Source: Candidatus Saccharimonadales bacterium (GTDB lineage: Bacteria; Patescibacteriota; Saccharimonadia; QS-5-54-17). Taken from it: a stretch of DNA of 64,000 nt. The position numbers and the translations under genes are program-made. The notes under the pieces were generated by a model. That model had not been told where the DNA came from. It searched no databases and worked only from the letters and a program-made list of their open reading frames with translations. Shown here in pieces: positions 9,050 through 18,269 of this stretch (its first letter is position 1; each line of letters begins with the position of its first letter). The DNA is taken from contig JBBDOS010000003.1 of NCBI GenBank assembly GCA_040876925.1, positions 61,207 through 125,206 on the forward strand, written 5' to 3'.

Positions 9050-11026
9050 TTACAAGCTGCCATATATTTTCTTAATATGTTTTTTAATATCAGTAGTCTC
9101 TTTAGCAGCAGCTCTGGCTTCTTTAATTAATTCAATATCAGTCAGTTTAGCCATACGCAAATCTAGTTGTCCATGCTGTCTCTTACCGTATAGCTCTCCG
9201 GCTCCTCTCATCTCTAAATCTTTTTCCGCTAGCATAAAGCCGTCGCTATATCTCTCCATCAACTCTAGCCTGTATTTAGCTTGGGTTTCATTAGAAGTTT
9301 TAAGATAGCAATAGGCTTGAGAGTCGTTTCTACCAACCCTACCTCTTAGCTGATGCAGGGTAGATAATCCAAATCTTTCAGCGCCTTCTATTAATATAAC
9401 GTTGGCATTGGCAACATCTACACCCACCTCTACGACTGTAGTAGCTACTAGGACCTGGGTCTTACCACTTCTGAAATCTTCCATCACACTCGCTTTTTCT
9501 TTAGCCGATAATCGTCCATGAAGAGCAGCTATCGATACGTCCTGCCAATACCGCTTCAACTGAATAACCTCTTCAGACACACTAGTAGCACCAAGTGTGT
9601 CTGATTCTTCTATGAGTGGACAAACCACATAAACCTGCCCTCCATCTTGTAGATGATGATATATCTCATCATAGGTTTTCCTAGCATTAGTAACCACCTG
9701 AGTCTTGATCTCTTTTCTACCTGGTGGCATCTGCCTAATACTAGAGATATCTAAATCTCCGTAGACTGTTAGGGCTAGGCTTCTAGGTATGGGAGTGGCT
9801 GACATACTTAACATATGTGGCATGGTCTTGGATTTATCTCTTAGCTCTTGGCGCTGATTAACGCCGAACCTATGCTGTTCATCAACTATCACTAAACCTA
9901 AGTGTTTAAACTTAACATCTGGTTGCAATAGAGCGTGAGTACCAACCAATATATCCACCTTGCCGCTAGCAAGATCTGCCAGTATTTTCTGTCTATCCTT
10001 AGCTTTAGTAGAGCTAGTTAATATCTCTACTGATATATCTTGAGGTATTATCTGATTTAGCGTCTGGTAGTGTTGATTAGCTAGAATCTCAGTAGGCGCT
10101 AACAAAGCAGTCTGCAGCTTACTACCAGCAACAAACGTAGCAGCCATAGCAGCTGCAGCTGTCTTACCGCTACCAACATCTCCTTGCAATAGTCTATTCA
10201 TCGGCTTAGCCTGACCCATATCTTTAATAATCTGCCAGGCAGCTTTACGTTGATCATCCGTCATCTTAAATGGTAGCTGCTTAATGAAGCTATTGGCTAA
10301 TTCCTGGCTATAACTTACCTTGGAGGCATCATATTCTAATAACTCATCCTTCATCATCCGAGATAGCAGTAGTAATAAGTAGATTTCCTCAAACCCCAGT
10401 CTGTGCTTAGCCAACTCTAAGCTCTTAGATGAATCTGGGAAGTGAACCTGTTCTAGAGCTGAGTTTTTATCAATCAGCTTGTATCTCTCCCTGATTTCTT
10501 TAGGTAGTGGATCGGGTATATCAACTTTGATAGCTTCTAATAGAATCTTTCGCAGCTGCTTAGAACTTAAGCCCGCAGTTTCTGGATATATGGGCACAAT
10601 TCGAGCAGTGTTTTTAGTTAATGTACTAACTCTTTCCACGGCTGGATTCTGCATGGCGTATTGCTGATATTTAAACGATAGTTCGCCCGATACGTAAACT
10701 TCAGTGTCTTTGGGTAGTTGTTTGGCTAAATAGGGTTGGTTAAACCAGATAGCTTTAATTGAACCACTATCATCACTAATGATTGCCTCGGTCAAGGTAG
10801 TACCTCGTCTTTTAGTTCGTCTAGAAACTATCTGATCGATCTCCCCCTTGATAGTGATATTGCCTGGATTAGCCTGGGCTATAGGGATGATTTTAGAGAA
10901 ATCATCATAGCGTCTTGGATAATGTTTAAGTAGGTCTTCAATAGTAAAGATACCTAGTTTTTCAAGCTTTTTCTCTAGTGCTTGGCCAACACCGGACAAT
11001 TGACTAACTTGGCTTGATGGTTTCAT
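9050..11026 (-). CDS. recG: ATP-dependent DNA helicase RecG
   Basis: 658 aa. N-terminal wedge/OB region, Walker A (GDVGSGKT), DEQHRFG and helicase C motifs. Confidence 0.9.
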   Translation of the reverse strand: MKPSSQVSQLSGVGQALEKKLEKLGIFTIEDLLKHYPRRYDDFSKIIPIAQANPGNITIKGEIDQIVSRRTKRRGTTLTEAIISDDSGSIKAIWFNQPYLAKQLPKDTEVYVSGELSFKYQQYAMQNPAVERVSTLTKNTARIVPIYPETAGLSSKQLRKILLEAIKVDIPDPLPKEIRERYKLIDKNSALEQVHFPDSSKSLELAKHRLGFEEIYLLLLLSRMMKDELLEYDASKVSYSQELANSFIKQLPFKMTDDQRKAAWQIIKDMGQAKPMNRLLQGDVGSGKTAAAAMAATFVAGSKLQTALLAPTEILANQHYQTLNQIIPQDISVEILTSSTKAKDRQKILADLASGKVDILVGTHALLQPDVKFKHLGLVIVDEQHRFGVNQRQELRDKSKTMPHMLSMSATPIPRSLALTVYGDLDISSIRQMPPGRKEIKTQVVTNARKTYDEIYHHLQDGGQVYVVCPLIEESDTLGATSVSEEVIQLKRYWQDVSIAALHGRLSAKEKASVMEDFRSGKTQVLVATTVVEVGVDVANANVILIEGAERFGLSTLHQLRGRVGRNDSQAYCYLKTSNETQAKYRLELMERYSDGFMLAEKDLEMRGAGELYGKRQHGQLDLRMAKLTDIELIKEARAAAKETTDIKKHIKKIYGSL

Positions 11027-11067
11027 ATAAATAGCCTCTCCTATCTTCTTTAGGGTACAAATAGGCC

Positions 11068-12231
11068 TTATTTAGTCTTTATTCGGACAAATTTACGCTT
11101 ACCCACTTGCAAGACATCACCATCATTAACATTGACCATCTCACTATCTACCTTATGAGAGTTAATCCTAACCCCACCCTGCTCAATTAGCCTTTTAGCC
11201 TCCGACTTATTATCAGCCAGTTCAACTGCTACTATTAAATCAACCAAGTTTTGTTGCTGATTATCAACTACAAAATCTGGTATTGTTGCTGGTAGTTTTT
11301 TATCTGAGAATTGACTTAGCCAGGCCTCTTTAGCGCTAGCAGCGCTAGTTTCATCATGATAAATACTAACTATCTCTTCAGCTAACCTTAGCTTAACATC
11401 ACGTGGGTTATTGGTTTTGAGATCTTTTTCTAGTTTGGTCATCTCATCATCTGATACTTCGGTAACTAATTTGAAATAGTGCATGATTAAATCATCATTG
11501 ATACTCATGACTTTGCCAAACATATCAGCAGGCTCATCATCTATCCAGATACAGTTAGCCCAGGACTTACTCATCTTGCGGCCATCATCGGCTAATAGTA
11601 GCTCATAGGAGATAATATTCTGTGGTTCTTGGTCATAGGCTTTTTGGATGTTGCGTCCGGCCAGTAAGTTAAATAGCTGATCATTGCCACCTATCTCAAC
11701 ATCAGCTCTAACAGCTACTGAATCATAGCCTTGCAACATTGGGTATTGCATCTCTTGTAGGCCTATGCGGTCGCCTCTTTCGAAACGTTTAGAGAAATTA
11801 TCCCGCTCAATCATCTGAGCCAAGGAAAAGAGCTGATTAATACGTAGCCACTCATCAAGACTCATATCATTAAACCATTCATGGTTGTAGTGGATTTCAG
11901 CACTATCAATATCAAATATCTTAGCTAGTAAGGTCTCGTAATTAGCCATGTTAGCCTGGACCTCTTCTTTGGTGAGGATAGTTCTCTCGCTATCTTTATC
12001 AGAAGCATCACCTATTTGGCCGGTGAAACTACCGACTATTAGAACTACCTGATGCCCAGCATCTTGGAAATGCTTTAGTTTACGTATAGTAGCTGCGTGG
12101 CCTAGATGAATACGATCCCCAGTAGGATCTATGCCGTATTTGATTCTCAGCTTAGCTCCCTTTTTTAGCTTAGCTTCTAAATCTTCACGGACAACTACTT
12201 CTGTACTAGCACGAAACAGTAATTCATTCAT
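11068..12231 (-). CDS. tyrS: Tyrosyl-tRNA synthetase
   Basis: 387 aa. HIGH-type motif (HLGH), KMSKS and a C-terminal S4 RNA-binding domain. Confidence 0.88.
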   Translation of the reverse strand: MNELLFRASTEVVVREDLEAKLKKGAKLRIKYGIDPTGDRIHLGHAATIRKLKHFQDAGHQVVLIVGSFTGQIGDASDKDSERTILTKEEVQANMANYETLLAKIFDIDSAEIHYNHEWFNDMSLDEWLRINQLFSLAQMIERDNFSKRFERGDRIGLQEMQYPMLQGYDSVAVRADVEIGGNDQLFNLLAGRNIQKAYDQEPQNIISYELLLADDGRKMSKSWANCIWIDDEPADMFGKVMSINDDLIMHYFKLVTEVSDDEMTKLEKDLKTNNPRDVKLRLAEEIVSIYHDETSAASAKEAWLSQFSDKKLPATIPDFVVDNQQQNLVDLIVAVELADNKSEAKRLIEQGGVRINSHKVDSEMVNVNDGDVLQVGKRKFVRIKTK

Positions 12232-12290
12232 TGTTTATATAATATCATGGCTGAGTGATGAATGATTAAGTCTAGTGAATCTCAAGGCTA

Positions 12291-12551
12291 TTACTTATAA
12301 AGCTGAGAATGAGTTCCTACTGCCACAAATAATGCAGTGTCGTTATCTATTATTCGGTAATGAACTCTCCAGTCGCCACCAAAAGATATCGACCTATACC
12401 TACCCCACTCACCTTTTAAAGCGTGATTATATAAGAGGGGATGGTAAGGGTCTTCTTGGAAAATACTTAATGTTGCTTTGAGCCGTCTCTTTTGAGCAGG
12501 TAGTAGCTTCTCAACCTGTTTAGAAAAATGCTTATGATAGCGCAGTTTCAC
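12291..12551 (-). CDS. YafQ/RelE-family type II toxin
   Basis: 86 aa. ..HPLLYNHALKGEWGRYRS..DWRVHYRI..GTHSQL matches the YafQ/RelE pattern. Confidence 0.7.
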   Translation of the reverse strand: MKLRYHKHFSKQVEKLLPAQKRRLKATLSIFQEDPYHPLLYNHALKGEWGRYRSISFGGDWRVHYRIIDNDTALFVAVGTHSQLYK

Positions 12552-12555
12552 TTAC

Positions 12556-12846
12556 TTACTCTTGGGAAGATTTTTCTAAATCATTAAACATATCACCTAT
12601 GCTATCAAAGCTAGAGGATATATTCCTATTAGTCTTAAGGTCTGTCTCTACTTCCTGCATAATATTCTCTAAATATGGCGTAGGTTCAAGTCCTGCACTA
12701 AGGGTAATAGACCGATCTCTAACCATTTGCCGGATACTAGCATTAACTAAAGAACTAGCTGGTATACCTATGTCAGAAGCTAATTTTTTAAGCTCGTGGC
12801 GAGTTTCTTCATCTATTCTAATATTCATATTAGCTGTTTTACTCAT
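12556..12846 (-). CDS. DinJ/RelB-like RHH antitoxin
   Basis: 96 aa. Ribbon-helix-helix-like N-terminus (MNIRIDEETRHELKKLA) 4 nt upstream of the toxin gene. Confidence 0.6.
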   Translation of the reverse strand: MSKTANMNIRIDEETRHELKKLASDIGIPASSLVNASIRQMVRDRSITLSAGLEPTPYLENIMQEVETDLKTNRNISSSFDSIGDMFNDLEKSSQE

Positions 12847-12945
12847 ACTACTAATAGTATATGAATGTATGCTTTATGTCAATATATTAATAATAAGTAA
12901 GCTTAAAAGTCAAAACTTTAGTGACTATATAAATAGCCACTAAAT

Positions 12946-12980
12946 TGCTATAATACATTAATGCTTAAAAGTTAAGCATT
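12946..12980 (+). promoter_or_regulatory. Extended -10 promoter (TGcTATAAT) followed by a 9-bp-arm palindrome AATGCTTAAaagtTTAAGCATT; candidate operator
   Basis: TGCTATAAT at 12946-12954. Perfect palindrome at 12960-12980. The GCTTAAAAGT half-site also recurs at 12901-12910. AGGGAG RBS precedes the PBP start at 13017. Confidence 0.4.
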
Positions 12981-13016
12981 TATAAGAGGTTTACTAGGGA
13001 GAAATATTAAATTAAG

Positions 13017-15767
13017 ATGAGATTATTTAATCAAATCAAGAATCAATTACTATCAAAAATCTCCAAATTAAGCAGCAGCATTAAGAGTAAAACTAAATCA
13101 ACACTAGATAAAATAGCTATGAAGATACCATTTATCAAGAAGAAGAGTCCTAAGAAAAAAGCTGTGACTAAGTTTGGTAGAATTACGCCACCTGAAGTTT
13201 GGTGGCGCAGATGGCTGTGGTATATGCACCCACGTAGATTTAAGGACTGGTGGTTCACTAAACCAGGAGCTATAGCTGCTTTGCGGATATTGGGTGTAGC
13301 TGCTGGCATATTGCTCCTACTTGTTATTGGCCTGTTCCTCTATTTCGCTAGAGACTTACCTAGTCCGGGACAGATTAATGCTCAAGCCCTGGATCAAACC
13401 ACTAAATTCTATGACCGCAGTGGTGAACACTTACTCTATGAAGTTTACGGTGATGAAAACAGAACCTATATCGATTTAGAAGATATATCCGAAAACGTCA
13501 TTAACGCCACTATAGCTATTGAGGATCGTAATTTTTACCAACAAGGAGCTTTTAGCTCTCTAGGTATCTTGCGCGCTGCTATATACAACGTACTAGATGT
13601 AGGTAATGGCTTACAAGGTGGATCAACCATTACTCAACAATACGTCAAAAATGCCCTACTTACTCCTGAACAGACCATCTCCCGCAAGGTTAAAGAGTTG
13701 ATATTATCTATGCAGATTGAACAGCTTTATGATAAGAACGATATCTTGGAGCTATATCTCAATGAGATAGGTTACGGTGCCCAAGCTTACGGTGCCCAAG
13801 CTGCCTCGCAAATGTATTTCTCTAAAGACGCTAGTGATATCACCTTGGATGAAGCTGCTCTATTAGCTGCCCTGCCTCAAGCCCCTACCTACTACTCTCC
13901 TTATGGGCAAAACATTGAAGCTCTTGAGTGGCGTATGGATGCAGTGCTAGATTTGATGGCAGAACAAGGCTACATCACAGAAGAAGAAGCTACTGAAGCT
14001 CAAGAGGTAGATACCTTAGCTAAGATTAACGCTACGCCTAATTCATTCCGCAATATTAAAGCCCCACATTTTATCATCCGCACCCAGCAGCAACTAGAAG
14101 AAAGGTATGGAGCACAGACAGTGCTTCAGGGTGGTTTAGAAATTATCACTACCATAGATCTAGACCTACAAGAAAAAGCTGATAAAGCCGTAGCGGATGG
14201 CATAGTTCATGTTAACAACGGTGGTGGTAATAACGCTGCTTTAGTAGCTTCTGATCCAAACACCGGACAGATACTAGCTATGGTAGGATCACACAATTTC
14301 AACCAGCCAGGTTACGGTGCCCACAACGCTGCTACCGCCCAGAGGCAGCCAGGATCTAGCTTCAAGCCATATGTCTATGCTCAGGGATTTGAAAGTGGTG
14401 ATTGGGGCCCAGGTAGTACTATGTATGACGTAAGGACTGATTTTGGTGGCGGCTATACTCCCCAGAACTTCGATGGTGGCTTCCGAGGAGTCATGAGTAT
14501 CCGTCAAGCTTTAGGTGAATCACGCAACATCCCAGCTATTAAGATGCTCTATATTGTCGGCATGCAAGAAACCTTGGATCTGGTTAGTAGAATGGGTATC
14601 ACCACTCTAGGTGATGCTAGTAATTATGGTTTGAGTTTGGTGCTAGGTTCTGGTGAAGTACAGCTAAATCAGCACGTCAATGCTTATGAAGTATTTGCTA
14701 ATGGTGGTACGCATTACGAACAATCAACTATCTTAAAAGTAACTGAACCTAACGGTACTGTCCTAGAAGAGTGGGAATTACCAGAAGGCGAAGAGATATT
14801 TGACGAACAGACAACTTACCTAATCTCTTCAATATTATCTGATGATGTAGCCAGAACTCCAACTTTTGGCGCTAACAACCCCTACTTTGCTATACCCGGA
14901 CACACCGTAGCTGTTAAAACCGGTACCACTGATGACTTAAGAGACGGCTGGGCTATGGGCTATACCCGAGATTTAGTAGCTGGTGTCTGGGTGGGTAATA
15001 GCGACAACACGGTTATGCGCCAATCTACTCACCTGATGACTGGGCCGATATTTAGTCAATTTATTCGTGACGCCTTAGATGGGGTGGAGAATAAGCCGTT
15101 TGAGAGACCTAGCGGTATTAAGTCAGTAACTCTAGATAGGTATACTGGCGGATTAAAGAGCGAGCATTCAGAAGCTACTAGGACTGATCTATTCCCTAGC
15201 TGGTATCAGACTAGAGAAAGTGGCGGTATAGAGACAGCTATTATAGATACCATCTCTGGACACTTAGCTACTGAATGCACTCCTGAAAGGGCCCAAAAAG
15301 AGATTACCAGTTACGGATTGAGGGCTGAGATACCGCCAGAAGACCTAGCCTTTAGCCGCTGGAACCCGCCAGTAGCAGCTCTAGCTAATAGACTGGGCCT
15401 AGGTAGTGGGCAAGCTATACCGACACGAACCAGCACAACTCATAGCTGTGATGATGAGGAGCCAAATATAGACGAGTTCGAAGCTACCTACAATCCAATC
15501 ACTGGCATAGTAACTGTTACAGCTGAGGTAGTTGCCGGCGAATTTGATATTGATAGTGTAGAGATAAGTTACAACAACCAAGTTATCCATACCTGCTCTA
15601 GCGCTGGAACCTGCGAAGTAGAATACACGCCAACTAGTGGCGGACCGCACACGTTTAACGTCTTAGTTATAGATGAGGGGCTTTATGATGCTACCGATAC
15701 AGCCCAGGAAAATGTCACTCCGTTCCCTCCTAGTGGTGGTGACGATGAAGATGATGAAGAGGGCTAA
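13017..15767 (+). CDS. Class A penicillin-binding protein (transglycosylase/transpeptidase) with basic N-terminal and Cys-containing acidic C-terminal extensions
   Basis: 916 aa. GT51 motifs (..EDRNFYQ.., ..YLNEIGYG..QMYF), transpeptidase motifs (SSFKP, KTGTT) and C-terminus ...GGDDEDDEEG. Confidence 0.88.
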   Translation: MRLFNQIKNQLLSKISKLSSSIKSKTKSTLDKIAMKIPFIKKKSPKKKAVTKFGRITPPEVWWRRWLWYMHPRRFKDWWFTKPGAIAALRILGVAAGILLLLVIGLFLYFARDLPSPGQINAQALDQTTKFYDRSGEHLLYEVYGDENRTYIDLEDISENVINATIAIEDRNFYQQGAFSSLGILRAAIYNVLDVGNGLQGGSTITQQYVKNALLTPEQTISRKVKELILSMQIEQLYDKNDILELYLNEIGYGAQAYGAQAASQMYFSKDASDITLDEAALLAALPQAPTYYSPYGQNIEALEWRMDAVLDLMAEQGYITEEEATEAQEVDTLAKINATPNSFRNIKAPHFIIRTQQQLEERYGAQTVLQGGLEIITTIDLDLQEKADKAVADGIVHVNNGGGNNAALVASDPNTGQILAMVGSHNFNQPGYGAHNAATAQRQPGSSFKPYVYAQGFESGDWGPGSTMYDVRTDFGGGYTPQNFDGGFRGVMSIRQALGESRNIPAIKMLYIVGMQETLDLVSRMGITTLGDASNYGLSLVLGSGEVQLNQHVNAYEVFANGGTHYEQSTILKVTEPNGTVLEEWELPEGEEIFDEQTTYLISSILSDDVARTPTFGANNPYFAIPGHTVAVKTGTTDDLRDGWAMGYTRDLVAGVWVGNSDNTVMRQSTHLMTGPIFSQFIRDALDGVENKPFERPSGIKSVTLDRYTGGLKSEHSEATRTDLFPSWYQTRESGGIETAIIDTISGHLATECTPERAQKEITSYGLRAEIPPEDLAFSRWNPPVAALANRLGLGSGQAIPTRTSTTHSCDDEEPNIDEFEATYNPITGIVTVTAEVVAGEFDIDSVEISYNNQVIHTCSSAGTCEVEYTPTSGGPHTFNVLVIDEGLYDATDTAQENVTPFPPSGGDDEDDEEG
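13772..13801 (+). repeat. Perfect in-frame tandem 15-bp duplication (TTACGGTGCCCAAGC x2) inside the PBP glycosyltransferase motif
   Basis: Encodes ..GYGAQAYGAQAA.., lengthening the conserved YLNxxxxGxGxxGxxxAAxxYF segment by 5 aa. Confidence 0.7.
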
Positions 15768-15814
15768 GCTCTTTAATCAGCAATGACTTAAATAGCGCTA
15801 AATAAAGTCCTAAC

Positions 15815-17158
15815 TTAAGTCTTTAGACCCTTATCTATAGCTTCACTTAGGTTCTTAACTGGTAATACAAACTTAGAATCAACTGAGTTACTCTTGATCT
15901 TAGGAGCTAAGGCTTTAGAGAACTTCAACTTAGCAGCTTCTTTATTACGTTTATCGCTATCACTGACTGAGCGAATCTCTCCGCTTAAACCCACCTCTCC
16001 ATAAACCACTAAATCACTATTAAGTGGCTGCTTTTTAGCAGCTGAAGCGATAGCTAGAGCTATAGCTAGGTCTGCTGCTGGTTCGGCTAATTTCATGCCG
16101 CCAACAATATTGATATAGACATCCTTATCAGCTAGTTTTAGCCCGGCTCTTTGCTGCAGGACAGCTATTAATAGGTTGAGTCTGTTTAAGTCAAAACCTA
16201 CGGCTGTGCGCTTAGGATAACCAAACGGGCTAGTGCTAACTAGGGCTTGAACTTCTACCAATAAGGCCCTAGTACCCTCTATAGTGGCTAGGACGACTGA
16301 ACCGTCGCTACCGGTGCGTTCTTGCAAGAACCTTTCTGATGGATTAGCTACCGCACTCATACCGCCATCTGTCATTTCGAATATACCTACCTCATTGGTA
16401 GAGCCATACCTGTTCTTATTCCCTCTAATCATTTTAAAGCTGCCAAACCTTTCACCCTCTAAGTACATAACTACGTCTACTAGATGCTCTAGTATCTTCG
16501 GCCCGGCAATATTGCCTTCCTTGGTGACGTGTCCAACTACTAATACGGCTGTATCTCTAGATTTGGCCACGCCTGATAGTTTATGCGTACAAGCAGTAAT
16601 CTGGCTGATGGTACCGGCTGAAGATGATAGCTCATCTGTTTGCATGGTCTGGATAGAATCAACTACTACAAAAGCATAGTCACCTGATTCTATAGTGGCT
16701 GTAACTACATCTATATCAGTCTCAGTTAATAACTCTAGCTGCTTAGCCGATACACCTAACCTATCGGCCCTTAGCTTAATCTGCTGTATAGACTCTTCAC
16801 CACTAACATATAGCACCGGTTTCAAGCTAGCTATATTAGCCGATAGTTGAAGTAGTAGGGTAGATTTACCGACCCCGGGTTCACCAGCTAGTAAAGTTAC
16901 ACTGCCTGGTACTATACCGCCACCAAATACTTGATCTAGCTCATTAATACCGCTGCTTATCCTGGGTACATCTTTGCTGCTAGATACATCAGCTAGAGTC
17001 TTGGTTTGCATGGATTTAGTTTTAGATTTTGATTTGGAGCTAGAACTAGATTGAACTTCTTCTATGAGGGTATTCCAGTTATTGCAACTACTGCATTTAC
17101 CACTCCACCTCAGAGCAGTTGCGCCACATTCTTGACAGATAAAGATTGTCTTAGCCAT
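15815..17158 (-). CDS. radA: DNA repair protein RadA/Sms
   Basis: 447 aa. N-terminal Zn ribbon (CQECGA..CSSC), RecA-like Walker A GEPGVGKST, KNRYG motif and C-terminal Lon-like domain. Confidence 0.9.
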   Translation of the reverse strand: MAKTIFICQECGATALRWSGKCSSCNNWNTLIEEVQSSSSSKSKSKTKSMQTKTLADVSSSKDVPRISSGINELDQVFGGGIVPGSVTLLAGEPGVGKSTLLLQLSANIASLKPVLYVSGEESIQQIKLRADRLGVSAKQLELLTETDIDVVTATIESGDYAFVVVDSIQTMQTDELSSSAGTISQITACTHKLSGVAKSRDTAVLVVGHVTKEGNIAGPKILEHLVDVVMYLEGERFGSFKMIRGNKNRYGSTNEVGIFEMTDGGMSAVANPSERFLQERTGSDGSVVLATIEGTRALLVEVQALVSTSPFGYPKRTAVGFDLNRLNLLIAVLQQRAGLKLADKDVYINIVGGMKLAEPAADLAIALAIASAAKKQPLNSDLVVYGEVGLSGEIRSVSDSDKRNKEAAKLKFSKALAPKIKSNSVDSKFVLPVKNLSEAIDKGLKT

Positions 17159-17216
17159 TAGTTATATAGTATAGCAGTTTCTCTAGGCTAAAACCCATGA
17201 TAGGAAAGCAGGAGTT

Positions 17217-18173
17217 CTATAGCGATTCATAAGTACTATCCATGGCATTAACCAACTTATTTTGGGTTAGTACCAAATCATTAATCTTGATAACTAGCTG
17301 GTTATGTAGTTCAACTATGTCTTGGTAGGTATCTATCATGTTGTTATGTCTAGCTACAGCTGCATTCTGTTCTGGAACTAAGACGTTGTAGCCTGATAAA
17401 TCTCCATTCGCTTCTCGCTGAGCTAACTCAGCATTTAGCCTGTCTATATTAGCTCTTTCGTTTCGTATCTGAGTATCTAGATTCTCCAGTTGAGCTCTGT
17501 AACTTTCTAAATCAGTTTGCATTGCCGCTATTTCTTCATTGAGCTCTATAAAGACTGACTCATACTTTTCGTAAAGCTGGACTAGAGCCTGGCGGTCGCT
17601 AAAATATTGGCTAAAGTACTCTTCCAGCTCATTTGGTAAGTCGACTATCTGGGTAGGTATGATAGAGTGCATCTCATTTTGTCTAATGGCTAATCCCCCA
17701 GACTTCTCGTACCTATCAAGTAATCCGCTTAATTTCTCATTATCGATGGTAGTATAGAAATCTTCTAATTGAGAAGTTATCTGCTGACGCTCTGAGGCAT
17801 TTAAACGCTCATAGGCAGCATGTAACATTTCATGGGCAGCAGTAACCTGCATAACTCCATGTAGTTCATCTCTATCTATTTCTAGTACATAGATATTCTT
17901 ATCGTGATAGCAACCCAGGACAAAAGCCTGCTCTATAACGGGGCAGTTAATATTAAATTCCGACTTACTATTTATCTTAGGATCAGATAGATAGAATAAC
18001 TCCTGGCCATGGCCATCCAAGTATGACTCCTCCGCTAGGGTGGCTATCTCTGGGTCTGGTTCGTAGTTGCGCAAGAACCACCAATCAGCTATAGCTTGCT
18101 GGTTATAGGCGGCTGTTAGGGCTGCTGCTACAAATCCTACAGAGAGAAATAAACTAGTAACCTTTTTCCACAT
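17217..18173 (-). CDS. Secreted hypothetical protein with HExxH motif and C-terminal coiled coil
   Basis: 318 aa. N-terminal signal/TM (LFLSVGFVAAALTAA). ..VTAAHEMLHAAYERL.. is a candidate metallopeptidase motif. The C-terminal half is heptad-rich. Confidence 0.45.
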   Translation of the reverse strand: MWKKVTSLFLSVGFVAAALTAAYNQQAIADWWFLRNYEPDPEIATLAEESYLDGHGQELFYLSDPKINSKSEFNINCPVIEQAFVLGCYHDKNIYVLEIDRDELHGVMQVTAAHEMLHAAYERLNASERQQITSQLEDFYTTIDNEKLSGLLDRYEKSGGLAIRQNEMHSIIPTQIVDLPNELEEYFSQYFSDRQALVQLYEKYESVFIELNEEIAAMQTDLESYRAQLENLDTQIRNERANIDRLNAELAQREANGDLSGYNVLVPEQNAAVARHNNMIDTYQDIVELHNQLVIKINDLVLTQNKLVNAMDSTYESL

Positions 18174-18269
18174 ATTATTACATTACCATAAACGCATACT
18201 AAAGTTTTCAAACTAGATAGATCCTAATTAGAATTAATTTATTCCTATCCTGAATTGGTTTTTTTGACT

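Noticed and set aside
9027..9308. Plus-strand 93-aa ORF overlapping the recG 3' end
   Set aside because: Antisense to recG; hydrophobic junk composition.
13043..13309. Minus-strand 88-aa ORF
   Set aside because: Antisense within the PBP N-terminal region.
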